DNA from: an uncultured virus (IMG/VR IMGVR_UViG_3300030117_003229)
Taxonomy: Duplodnaviria > Heunggongvirae > Uroviricota > Caudoviricetes
Strand: one strand, 5' to 3'
DNA: 20,000 nt
IMG/VR virus record: IMGVR_UViG_3300030117_003229
Span: 44,903 to 64,902 of that record
Shown here piece by piece: positions 1 through 6,978 of this stretch. The notes beneath the pieces are model-generated. The model did not search any database, was not told where the DNA came from, and saw nothing but the letters and a program-made list of their open reading frames with translations. The stretch's first letter is position 1, and every line of letters starts with the position of its first letter. The position numbers and the translations under genes were made by a program.

Positions 1-243
1 AGGTGTTGTTTTAATTAAGATTTTATCACCACTATGAACAAGATCACATAATCTATATTCATTTGTTTCATCTATCTTTGCAAATCTTTCTTTTAAAGTG
101 TCCCTGCTTCTTCTTTCTAATTCCATTTCAGCAATTTCATGATGAACAGTTTTAAAAATTTCATCTTCACTTGCACCTGATAAAACAGTTTCCCATGTCA
201 TAGGAAAACTTTGTAAAAGCTCATACTTTTTTGTTTCAACCAT
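1..243 (-). CDS. Hypothetical protein, truncated at the window edge (MVETKKYELLQSFPMTWETVLSGASEDEIF...)
   Basis: Manual translation: ATG at 243, preceded by an AAGGAG RBS and a promoter; the frame is open to position 1. Not in the ORF track. Confidence 0.75.
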   Translation of the reverse strand, partial: MVETKKYELLQSFPMTWETVLSGASEDEIFKTVHHEIAEMELERRSRDTLKERFAKIDETNEYRLCDLVHSGDKILIKTTP

Positions 244-263
244 GTCTAACTCCTTTGTTATTA

Positions 264-338
264 TTTTAATATTCACAAAAGAAGGTACAATAAAATATTA
301 TAATGTCAAAGGGTTTTTTAAGGGTTTATATAGGGTTT
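264..338 (-). promoter_or_regulatory. Sigma70-type promoter P1 with three upstream 11-bp-phased AAACCCT boxes
   Basis: TTGACA (309-304), 16 nt spacer, TACCTT (287-282). The +1 region GTGAATATTAAAA (276-264) is identical to that of P2. AGGGTTT occurs on + at 310, 321 and 332. Confidence 0.7.
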
Positions 339-1188
339 AATATTTCTTATATCTTTCTGATAGTATCTTTGGTACTGCATTTACCCATTTGATACTGTGA
401 TGTATTCTTTTATGATTTGCATTTAAAACTTTTATTTTAATTGAACTGGGTGAGCATAAAACTGAATAAAAACTTTTTACATAAGTTCCATAATTAAGAT
501 ATACGGTTGTCATCCCTTCTTTTGTTTTCTGAGTTTGCTTTTGAACCAATGATGCTAAGTGAGTAGTAAAAAACAAATGTCCTATACTTCCTAAATAAAC
601 ATAAGTTGTTACATCTTCATTTATTTTACCTAAAAAATTAAAAGGTTTATCTGTAGAACATACAAAGCTGTTCATTGCTTTTCTTTTTAGACCTCCTTTT
701 ATTGCAAAAACATTTTCTGCACCTCCAATAAAATCCCCACCTTGTGCTAATGCTAAAGATGTTGTAGGTGTATTTGATACAAAGTTTACCATACTATTAA
801 ATATGTGATCTAAATTTTTAACTGATTCAACAGCTAACTTATTACCTTTGATTGTTCTATACTCAAAAGCTCTATAGTCATCATCTAACTGTATAAAATA
901 TTTATATCCTAGTTTTTTAGCAATGTAAAAACAGTAATTTCTTGCATAGACTACTGTATTTGTATTTTTAAAATTATCAAAAGTATCAAATGTTTTTGAA
1001 ATAGTATTTTTATTAAAAACTAAAACATTATTAAAGTTTTTTTTATATTTATTTAATGTTTTATCTTCATCATCAACTATTAAAAATATTTTTCCAGTAT
1101 ATCCTGAATTTTTTAATGTTTTTATTGTTAAAACATAATCAGGTCTGCCACTAGTAAGAATAAATACACAATAATTATTCTTCACCAT
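337..1188 (-). CDS. GT-A fold glycosyltransferase of the TAGT/GREB1-like phage DNA-base-modifying type
   Basis: N-terminal FILTSGRP, FIQLDDDY (DxD), GGDFIGG, RKAMNSF, INEDV, QTQ..GMT and RIHH.I.W..AVPKI motifs, as recalled for this family. Confidence 0.7.
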   Translation of the reverse strand: MVKNNYCVFILTSGRPDYVLTIKTLKNSGYTGKIFLIVDDEDKTLNKYKKNFNNVLVFNKNTISKTFDTFDNFKNTNTVVYARNYCFYIAKKLGYKYFIQLDDDYRAFEYRTIKGNKLAVESVKNLDHIFNSMVNFVSNTPTTSLALAQGGDFIGGAENVFAIKGGLKRKAMNSFVCSTDKPFNFLGKINEDVTTYVYLGSIGHLFFTTHLASLVQKQTQKTKEGMTTVYLNYGTYVKSFYSVLCSPSSIKIKVLNANHKRIHHSIKWVNAVPKILSERYKKY

Positions 1189-1567
1189 ATTCTTCCATAT
1201 ATCCTTTTTTTATATCTTCTGATAAACTTACATATCCATTTACTAATGCTTTTTCAAAATCAATAATTACTAGTGCTGATTCTTCCATAAGCTCCTGAAC
1301 TTCTTTTGATGAATGTGCATAGTAATCTGCTATCTTTTCATAATTAAATACTATGTGCCTTGTAGATGCTTTTATAAGAAATTGTTTTTCTTCTTCAGGT
1401 ATATCTGAATTTTGAATATTTGCAACCAGCTTATCATGTTTTTCTTTATCATAAAGCTCTAATACATGAGGTTTTTTATTTCTTGGTTCATATAAAGGTA
1501 CTTGTATTTTCTTAGTATATTTTTCATCAGATTCTTTTTTGCCTTTGAATAATGTAAACTGTTTCAT
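1175..1567 (-). CDS. Conserved partner protein of TAGT-like glycosyltransferases (function unknown)
   Basis: YTKKI..P.YEP, RHIVFNYEKIADYYAH and ESALVIIDF motifs. Overlaps the GT start. I recall this ORF type next to such GTs in other phages. Confidence 0.55.
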   Translation of the reverse strand: MKQFTLFKGKKESDEKYTKKIQVPLYEPRNKKPHVLELYDKEKHDKLVANIQNSDIPEEEKQFLIKASTRHIVFNYEKIADYYAHSSKEVQELMEESALVIIDFEKALVNGYVSLSEDIKKGYMEEYGEE

Positions 1568-1833
1568 TCTAATCCTCTACATACTGGACACATCTTTTCT
1601 TTTTTTCCTATAGAGGGCATGACTTCTTTTGGATAATATATATATTTTTTAATATCTATATACTTTGAGACTATGCCCCAAACCTTGCCACATGATTTAC
1701 ATTTAAATATAGTTTTATCCACTTTATCTTTTACTGCTCTTTCTTTGTATAGTCTCCAATATTCAGCCTTTGGGTCTTTTAAAGTCTTTCTGTTTATATA
1801 ATCTATAATATGTTCAGGGTTTTTCTGGGACAT
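1564..1833 (-). CDS. Small Zn-ribbon protein
   Basis: CKSC and CPVC pairs; overlaps both neighbours. Confidence 0.6.
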   Translation of the reverse strand: MSQKNPEHIIDYINRKTLKDPKAEYWRLYKERAVKDKVDKTIFKCKSCGKVWGIVSKYIDIKKYIYYPKEVMPSIGKKEKMCPVCRGLE

Positions 1834-2590
1834 ATTCTACTCTGCAACAGCTTGAGCCTTCCCTAAGTTGCCATTTATTATTAGGCATTTCTCTTTTTCC
1901 ACACTTTGAACAAAATGCAATATAAAGATCAGTAGGTGTTTTTTTAAATTTAGATTCAAATAGGTCATTAGCTTTTTTACCAGTCTTTCCCCATTCAATA
2001 TTATTATCCCTCCATTTTACCAATCTTCTTTTTATATCAAAGGTTTTCTGCATTTCAAACTTCATCTTTTTACCACCTTCATTAGATTCAGTCCAGTAGT
2101 AAATAAAATTATTAATTTGTTCATCAGAAAGGTTTTCAACTTCTACTGCTTTTTTTTTTACAAGATCAGAAAATTCTTTTTCCCTGCTTTCTTTATCTTT
2201 TACCTTTACTTTATCTTTAACCTTATCTTTATCTTTATCTTTAAGAGTATGTGATACCCTATGTAAACCCTTATCTTTTAATCTTTTTAATACACTTAAA
2301 TGAGGTTTAGAGTTTTCTCTTAATTCACCATATTGATATTCAATAAATGAAGGTATATAATATTGATCCTCACCTTGTATATATTTCATTTTATTCTTTA
2401 TTTCATCAGGTAATGAATCATAATCTACCCATTCACCAATCATAAATTCAGCTAAATCCCAGTCAGCATCCCATATACCAGCATGATCACATCTGGTTAG
2501 TAAATACAACCATATTAATTTATTTTTTGGTGATAGCTTTCTGAACCAAGCCTTGTCCCACATCTTTGTATCAATAAATCTTTTAGCCAT
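1814..2590 (-). CDS. Phage replication initiator / replisome organizer (N-terminal wHTH, KD-repeat linker, C-terminal Cys motif)
   Basis: WDKAWFRKLSPKNKLIWLYLLTRCDHAGIW N-terminus is typical of phage initiators; KDKDKDKVKDK linker; FIYYW...KTFDIKRRLVKW domain; internal iteron-like repeats. Confidence 0.7.
   Translation of the reverse strand: MAKRFIDTKMWDKAWFRKLSPKNKLIWLYLLTRCDHAGIWDADWDLAEFMIGEWVDYDSLPDEIKNKMKYIQGEDQYYIPSFIEYQYGELRENSKPHLSVLKRLKDKGLHRVSHTLKDKDKDKVKDKVKVKDKESREKEFSDLVKKKAVEVENLSDEQINNFIYYWTESNEGGKKMKFEMQKTFDIKRRLVKWRDNNIEWGKTGKKANDLFESKFKKTPTDLYIAFCSKCGKREMPNNKWQLREGSSCCRVEYVPEKP
2190..2279. repeat. Probable replication origin inside the initiator gene: ACCCT boxes plus TTATCT-type hexamer repeats
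   Basis: ACCCT at 2256 and 2267 (11 bp apart); imperfect palindrome AGAGTAT-gtg-ATACCCT at 2244-2260; adjacent AT-rich (T)TTATCT hexamer run at 2191-2242. Analogous to the origin within lambda O. Confidence 0.55.
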
Positions 2591-2804
2591 TTTTTTTCTC
2601 CAACTTTTTTATTTTTTCTTGACAATCAATAACACATTTTAGTGTTGAATTTTGAGTTTTAATAATATGAGTCATTTTATCTTTTAGCCTATTTATTTGT
2701 TCAAATATTTCAATTTGAGCTTTCAAAATTTCTATAACATCATCTTTTGTTTGTAAAAAAGATTTATAGAGGCTTTCATATTCTTCTTTTATTTTACCAT
2801 CCAT
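2583..2804 (-). CDS. Hypothetical coiled-coil protein (likely start MDGKIKEE at 2804, 73 aa)
   Basis: ORF track gives 2583..2894; the shorter start avoids a 100-nt overlap. Heptad-like sequence. Confidence 0.55.
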   Translation of the reverse strand: MDGKIKEEYESLYKSFLQTKDDVIEILKAQIEIFEQINRLKDKMTHIIKTQNSTLKCVIDCQEKIKKLEKKNG

Positions 2805-3213
2805 GATTAGCCTTTGTATTTCTAGTGATTTGTGTAGGCATAATAATGTTATAATTTTTATCAAATCCAGATGATATGTAATAATACTGAACATATTTTT
2901 TCATGGTTTTTTTATTAGTCTTATTTTGTATAGAAACAATAAACTTAAATCCAGCTTCAGTCTCTCTTGAAAATAAAGAACATATTTTTTTACCATCTTT
3001 ATATGCTCTATAAATTGGCACACTACTTTTATTTAAATAATGTTCATTAGGAAACTCACCTTTTATAGCTTCTTCATAAAAATTATTTTTAAATAAAGCC
3101 CATTTAACTCCTGAATAAAATTTAATAAATGCTTTTGCTTTACTTTTTTTACTTGCTAAAGTAACATCTCCAACATTCATGTAACCAAATTTGTTTACTT
3201 TAATTAATACCAT
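2794..3213 (-). CDS. Hypothetical protein
   Basis: ORF with a GGAGAG RBS, coupled to its neighbours. Confidence 0.6.
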   Translation of the reverse strand: MVLIKVNKFGYMNVGDVTLASKKSKAKAFIKFYSGVKWALFKNNFYEEAIKGEFPNEHYLNKSSVPIYRAYKDGKKICSLFSRETEAGFKFIVSIQNKTNKKTMKKYVQYYYISSGFDKNYNIIMPTQITRNTKANHGW

Positions 3214-3565
3214 TTAACTCTCCTATTTTTGTTTCCAATTCACTTTTTAACTGTTTATAATCTAACTTATTTTTATTTATTGTATTAGCCTGTTTTTTTA
3301 GTCTGCTTAACCTCCTTTTGCCTAAAGTCTTTTCTGCCCATTCTTTAGCCTCTATAGGGCTTTTATGCCACCAATACAGATGACACCCTAGACACAAAGC
3401 CTTTACATTATCAACATCAAACTGCATTTTTCTGTATTTACCTTTAGGGTAGATGTGAGAGGCATGAAGATTATTAGTCTTACCACACCTCAAACATCTT
3501 TTGTCCCTTAAAATAACAAACTCCCTTACTAATTTATTTAGCTTGGTTTTTTGCTGTTTGGTCAC
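3200..3565 (-). CDS. NinG/Rap-like HNH recombination endonuclease
   Basis: FVILRD..CLRCG, HASHIYPK...FDVDNVKALCLGCH, and a C-terminal helical tail typical of NinG. Confidence 0.75.
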   Translation of the reverse strand: MTKQQKTKLNKLVREFVILRDKRCLRCGKTNNLHASHIYPKGKYRKMQFDVDNVKALCLGCHLYWWHKSPIEAKEWAEKTLGKRRLSRLKKQANTINKNKLDYKQLKSELETKIGELNGIN

Positions 3566-3717
3566 TTTGTACCCTTGTCATATCTAAGTTGCAACTGCAA
3601 CATCCTTTGATAAGCTGAACCTTTTTTCCTTACTATACCTTTTTTAAGTAAGCTTTTATAGAATCTTATAAGGCTACCAAGTGTGTTCTTTTTATATTCT
3701 TTAGAATGGTAGGTCAT
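3562..3717 (-). CDS. Small basic hypothetical protein (likely start MTYHSKEY, 51 aa)
   Basis: Internal ATG at 3717; the stop overlaps the NinG GTG start. Confidence 0.55.
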   Translation of the reverse strand: MTYHSKEYKKNTLGSLIRFYKSLLKKGIVRKKGSAYQRMLQLQLRYDKGTK

Positions 3718-4183
3718 TATCTTTCTTCTTTTGCTCTTCATCAGGCATACTACAAGCAATAAAAAACATTCTAGGTAATAAGTTTTCTATAAGTCCAACC
3801 CTATCCTGTATTGTTTCATCTGTATGTAAAGGAAAACTACTAACTAACTTAGTAGTATTATTAAAAGCCATTCCCCATTTTATTGCCATATCATTAGAAG
3901 CTGGTTTGCTTTTTGGTTTTGCTTCTGTTGGGCTTACAACATACATTGATCTGCCTTCACCAGTAGGCTTATGTTCAATCTTTACTGTATCTCCTTTGCT
4001 GTAATGCTGTAGCATTTCATGAGCTTTTTCTGATGCAAAATAAGACTTTTCTACACCTTCATGATTTACTCCATATAAATGCCACGGCCCATTCTGGTTC
4101 ATGCCAGTTTTAGGTGTATCAAAAAGTAAACTAATTATTACTGATTGATTTTTAGGTATTTCTAATAATGGTCTATCTGCCAT
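3701..4183 (-). CDS. Single-stranded DNA-binding / OB-fold-like protein
   Basis: Beta-rich N-terminal domain, acidic C-terminal DNDLPF tail, strong AAGGAGG RBS, located in the replication/recombination cluster. Confidence 0.55.
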   Translation of the reverse strand: MADRPLLEIPKNQSVIISLLFDTPKTGMNQNGPWHLYGVNHEGVEKSYFASEKAHEMLQHYSKGDTVKIEHKPTGEGRSMYVVSPTEAKPKSKPASNDMAIKWGMAFNNTTKLVSSFPLHTDETIQDRVGLIENLLPRMFFIACSMPDEEQKKKDNDLPF

Positions 4184-4193
4184 TTATTCCTCC

Positions 4194-4310
4194 TTAGTGT
4201 GTTATGATTTGATAAAATATTCTAATTAACATCATAATACATAAAGGTATTATGACTATTGGTAATTTTTCATCTAACCAATTAAAAATATATTCTAATA
4301 AAGTATTCAT
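4194..4310 (-). CDS. 38-aa single-TM protein MNTLLEYIFNWLDEKLPIVIIPLCIMMLIRIFYQIITH
   Basis: Manual translation; AAGGAGG RBS; ATGA overlap with the upstream ORF. Confidence 0.75.
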   Translation of the reverse strand: MNTLLEYIFNWLDEKLPIVIIPLCIMMLIRIFYQIITH

Positions 4311-4414
4311 TTTTTCCTCCTTAAATACCTATGTATTAAAAACATTATGTAATGAATTACACCCAATAATAATAACCCATTTAGTAAATACTCACTTATG
4401 TCTATGATAATCAT
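4307..4414 (-). CDS. 35-aa single-TM protein MIIIDISEYLLNGLLLLGVIHYIMFLIHRYLRRKK
   Basis: Manual translation; ATGA overlaps at both ends; basic C-terminus after the hydrophobic stretch. Confidence 0.7.
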   Translation of the reverse strand: MIIIDISEYLLNGLLLLGVIHYIMFLIHRYLRRKK

Positions 4415-4587
4415 ATATTTAGATCATCATAAATGTTATTAATATTTTCATCTGTTATGTCTATTTTCTTTTCTATCCTGTGCATCCTCCAAAGCATACT
4501 TAGATTTAATAATAAGATCATCAACATAGTAAACTCCCAGTATGGAAAATACTCTACACTAAATAAAGCCTCCCAGTAATACCTCAT
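4411..4587 (-). CDS. 58-aa single-TM protein MRYYWEALFSVEYFPYWEFTMLMILLLNLSMLWRMHRIEKK...
   Basis: Manual translation; ATGA overlaps at both ends. Confidence 0.7.
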   Translation of the reverse strand: MRYYWEALFSVEYFPYWEFTMLMILLLNLSMLWRMHRIEKKIDITDENINNIYDDLNI

Positions 4588-4817
4588 ATCAAACTCATTT
4601 GGTTTTTATTACCTTCAGGACTTATAGCATAATACTGGCTATATCTTTTTCCATTCAAAGCAACTATTGTTTTTGATCCTATTTGCATACCTTCATTTTT
4701 AAGATCATTGATTCTTGAAGCAAGTCTCATGCAACCAAACATATTAAAAGCATCCAAGCTGGTAAGTTTATTACCATGATTTAAATACTCTTTTATCTGT
4801 TTATTCTGACTCTTCAT
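4584..4817 (-). CDS. Winged helix-turn-helix DNA-binding protein (HTH_39-like)
   Basis: QNKQIKEYL..G..LTSLDA...FGCMRLASRINDLK..G..I...Y pattern. Confidence 0.75.
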   Translation of the reverse strand: MKSQNKQIKEYLNHGNKLTSLDAFNMFGCMRLASRINDLKNEGMQIGSKTIVALNGKRYSQYYAISPEGNKNQMSLI

Positions 4818-5226
4818 GTTTACCCTCCTTTATTTCATTTGCTAGTTTAGTAAAATTATCAGATACTTTATAATCATCAAGCATAAGGGCATAATTTTCT
4901 AGTGCCTCCACAATCAAGCCCCTTTCTTCCTGATCAACCCATAAAAGTATTACTGAAGCAGGATCAGATTTAGAGGATGTAGTTGCGGAGTCCCCTTTGA
5001 ACTTGGAGGTCTGAACCTGCTCAGTAACTTTTGAAAATCTAGCTACTATCTCATTAATCCTAGTACATAGGGCATTAAAATGTGATAGTCTTTGTGAATC
5101 TGAATTTAAATCTTCACCTTCTGTAATAGTAAGCAATGAAGATAGTGCATTGAATAGATTTAGGTAATTTGTTTCTAAATCCAAATACTGCTTTTCAGAA
5201 TGTTTTTGTAAAAATGGATATGGCAT
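4801..5226 (-). CDS. Hypothetical protein containing an internal RNA hairpin
   Basis: 141-aa ORF with RBS; the S/T-rich central linker coincides with the hairpin at 4943-5032. Confidence 0.6.
   Translation of the reverse strand: MPYPFLQKHSEKQYLDLETNYLNLFNALSSLLTITEGEDLNSDSQRLSHFNALCTRINEIVARFSKVTEQVQTSKFKGDSATTSSKSDPASVILLWVDQEERGLIVEALENYALMLDDYKVSDNFTKLANEIKEGKHEESE
4943..5032 (-). ncRNA. Candidate structured RNA element B with anti-SD loops (intragenic)
   Basis: About 22-bp outer stem AAAAGTTACTGAGCAGGTTCAGA/TCTGATCCTGCTTCAGTAATACTTTT; inner stem AGGGGA/TCCTCT (G-U pair only on the minus strand); 13-nt loop CTCCGCAACTACA; bulge CCTCCAAGTTCAA. Confidence 0.5.
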
Positions 5227-5450
5227 TATTTACCCCCTTCTATTGGTAAACCACCACCATAAGAGTTTAATGCTCTTAAAATTCCTATTTTTGTAGGCTT
5301 TATATCTCTATAAAAAATAGTTCCATGAACATCAACATCATCATTTCTTTTGTATTTTGAAATTGCTTTCTGCGCTTTTTTCTTAGATGTAAAATATTCA
5401 TCAAAAGAATCTCCATATCTTTCAGTAACATTTATAAAATAAAATCTCAT
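5226..5450 (-). CDS. Hypothetical early protein
   Basis: ORF with AGGAGGT RBS. Confidence 0.7.
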   Translation of the reverse strand: MRFYFINVTERYGDSFDEYFTSKKKAQKAISKYKRNDDVDVHGTIFYRDIKPTKIGILRALNSYGGGLPIEGGK

Positions 5451-5456
5451 TATAAT

Positions 5457-5921
5457 TTACCTCCTAACTCCAAATGTATTTTTTACTCTTCTAGCAAAAT
5501 CTTTCTTTGTTAGTCTCTCAGCATCTAACTTTCTTCTAGCAACATCTTCTTCTTCTATTTGCTCAAAAAATTCACAAAGTGTTTTCTCATTAACATTGTT
5601 AGTATCAAAAAGTTTTTCTATATGCCTAACATATCTGTTAAAAGTACCTTTTAGATTTTGAAAATTTTTGGTAGTATATACTTGATATTCGTCATCCCAC
5701 CAAATTTCTATATAATATGTTGGATTAACATATTTAGGATTACTATGAACACCCACTTCTGGTTCAAAATCAATATGTTTAAAATCAATGCTAATATCAT
5801 TTACATCTGGTAGATTTAAATCAAATGCTATATATTCACAATCAAATACACTTAAACATTCATCCCATTTTGATCTAGATAAATCTGGATTCCACTTGTA
5901 TTGTCCATGTTTAACTTTCAT
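5457..5921 (-). CDS. Hypothetical early protein
   Basis: ORF with GGAGG RBS; TAATG coupling. Confidence 0.7.
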   Translation of the reverse strand: MKVKHGQYKWNPDLSRSKWDECLSVFDCEYIAFDLNLPDVNDISIDFKHIDFEPEVGVHSNPKYVNPTYYIEIWWDDEYQVYTTKNFQNLKGTFNRYVRHIEKLFDTNNVNEKTLCEFFEQIEEEDVARRKLDAERLTKKDFARRVKNTFGVRR

Positions 5922-6244
5922 TATAATTCCTCCAACATTAAATTAAATTCATTAACTGGTATTTTATACCCTTCTAGCCTGTCCCTTACCTTTAAAACTC
6001 TAAGATTAGGACAAGCCCCTATCAATGTATCAAAACCTTCTATTTGAGCCTCCTTGACCCTTTTAACAAGATACTGTAAATCATTATCAACTAATACATT
6101 CCAATCTAATTCTGGATGATCAAATTCAACTTCTACTACATACCTTTCATCTTTTAAACATCCATAGCAAAGGTTTTCTAATACATCCATATCTTCTTTG
6201 GTAAACTTGTTATCACAATGTAAGCAAGTAAAATAACTTTCCAT
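5921..6244 (-). CDS. Hypothetical early protein with N-terminal Zn finger
   Basis: CLHC...CYGC; AAGGAGGT RBS. Confidence 0.7.
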   Translation of the reverse strand: MESYFTCLHCDNKFTKEDMDVLENLCYGCLKDERYVVEVEFDHPELDWNVLVDNDLQYLVKRVKEAQIEGFDTLIGACPNLRVLKVRDRLEGYKIPVNEFNLMLEEL

Positions 6245-6450
6245 TACTTACCTCCTTCTATTTCCCAGCTTAACCAGTTTTTAAACATTCTTTCAACTTG
6301 AATTGAAGACTTACCTATTACATTTACATTTTTCATTTCTGTTTTATTAACATTTGGATTATGAACCATTGTAAACTTCATATCATTACTTAATGCTCTC
6401 CACCAATGTAAAGATTTTGTTCTTACATCATTTACTTCTATTATTTTCAT
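6244..6450 (-). CDS. Hypothetical early protein
   Basis: ORF with AAGGAGGT RBS. Confidence 0.7.
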   Translation of the reverse strand: MKIIEVNDVRTKSLHWWRALSNDMKFTMVHNPNVNKTEMKNVNVIGKSSIQVERMFKNWLSWEIEGGK

Positions 6451-6466
6451 TACTTACCTCCTTCTG

Positions 6467-6766
6467 CTATAAGTACATCAATTCTTCATCTGAAGAATTA
6501 TAGGTTTCTAACTGATACTTAGTGTACCTAAAACTGTACCTACCATCTTTAAATGCTTGTTTAAAAAGCTCAAAAAATAAATCACATTCACTTTGATGAG
6601 TAAACCTATATCGAGATGTATATGGTAACTCATTATACCCTTTAGATTTATAAACTTTTGTATATAAAAAGGGATGATATGCCATATCTATTACGCATTC
6701 CTCAATTAATGATTCTAGTTTCTTATTGTCTTTACTATTTGGAACAACTATATCTACAAATAACAT
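6467..6766 (-). CDS. Hypothetical early protein
   Basis: ORF with GGAGGT RBS; TAATG coupling. Confidence 0.7.
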   Translation of the reverse strand: MLFVDIVVPNSKDNKKLESLIEECVIDMAYHPFLYTKVYKSKGYNELPYTSRYRFTHQSECDLFFELFKQAFKDGRYSFRYTKYQLETYNSSDEELMYL

Positions 6767-6978
6767 TACTTACCTCCACTTCCTTTCCAAACTGCATTTT
6801 GTATGTAGCTTGTTTGCTGTTCATAAATTTTAGCCATAATTTTACTAACTTGCCTTAGTTCTTTTTTATTATCAAGGGTAATTCCAAGAACTTTAGAACC
6901 ATCTGTTTTTTCAAGCTTTACACTTGTCTCTACAAGCAAGTTATAAATATATAACGCTTCTTTTTTAGTTAATTCCAT
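6766..6978 (-). CDS. Hypothetical protein, first gene downstream of promoter P2
   Basis: TTGGAGGT RBS directly after the promoter. Confidence 0.7.
   Translation of the reverse strand: MELTKKEALYIYNLLVETSVKLEKTDGSKVLGITLDNKKELRQVSKIMAKIYEQQTSYIQNAVWKGSGGK

Noticed and set aside
269..277. ATATTCACA (also 7105-7113) and TTATCCACT (~1714) as DnaA boxes
   Set aside because: They are isolated 8/9 matches in AT-rich DNA, better explained by the shared +1/antisense motif.
2805..2894. Extended N-terminus of ORF 2583..2894, or a frameshift at the nearby A-run (~2907-2913)
   Set aside because: A downstream ATG at 2804 gives a normal short overlap, and there is no independent support for recoding.
4943..5032. 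Element B as a tRNA, MITE or plus-strand CsrA sponge (AGGATG/GGAG motifs)
   Set aside because: No cloverleaf and no target-site duplication. The G-U pairs in the inner stems of A and B work only on the minus strand, so the GGA-displaying plus-strand RNA is disfavoured, though not excluded.
5224..6777. Junction repeats as a CRISPR array or integron attC sites
   Set aside because: The spacers are whole genes of 200-460 nt, the repeats are short non-palindromic SD/start motifs, and no cas or integrase gene is present in the window.
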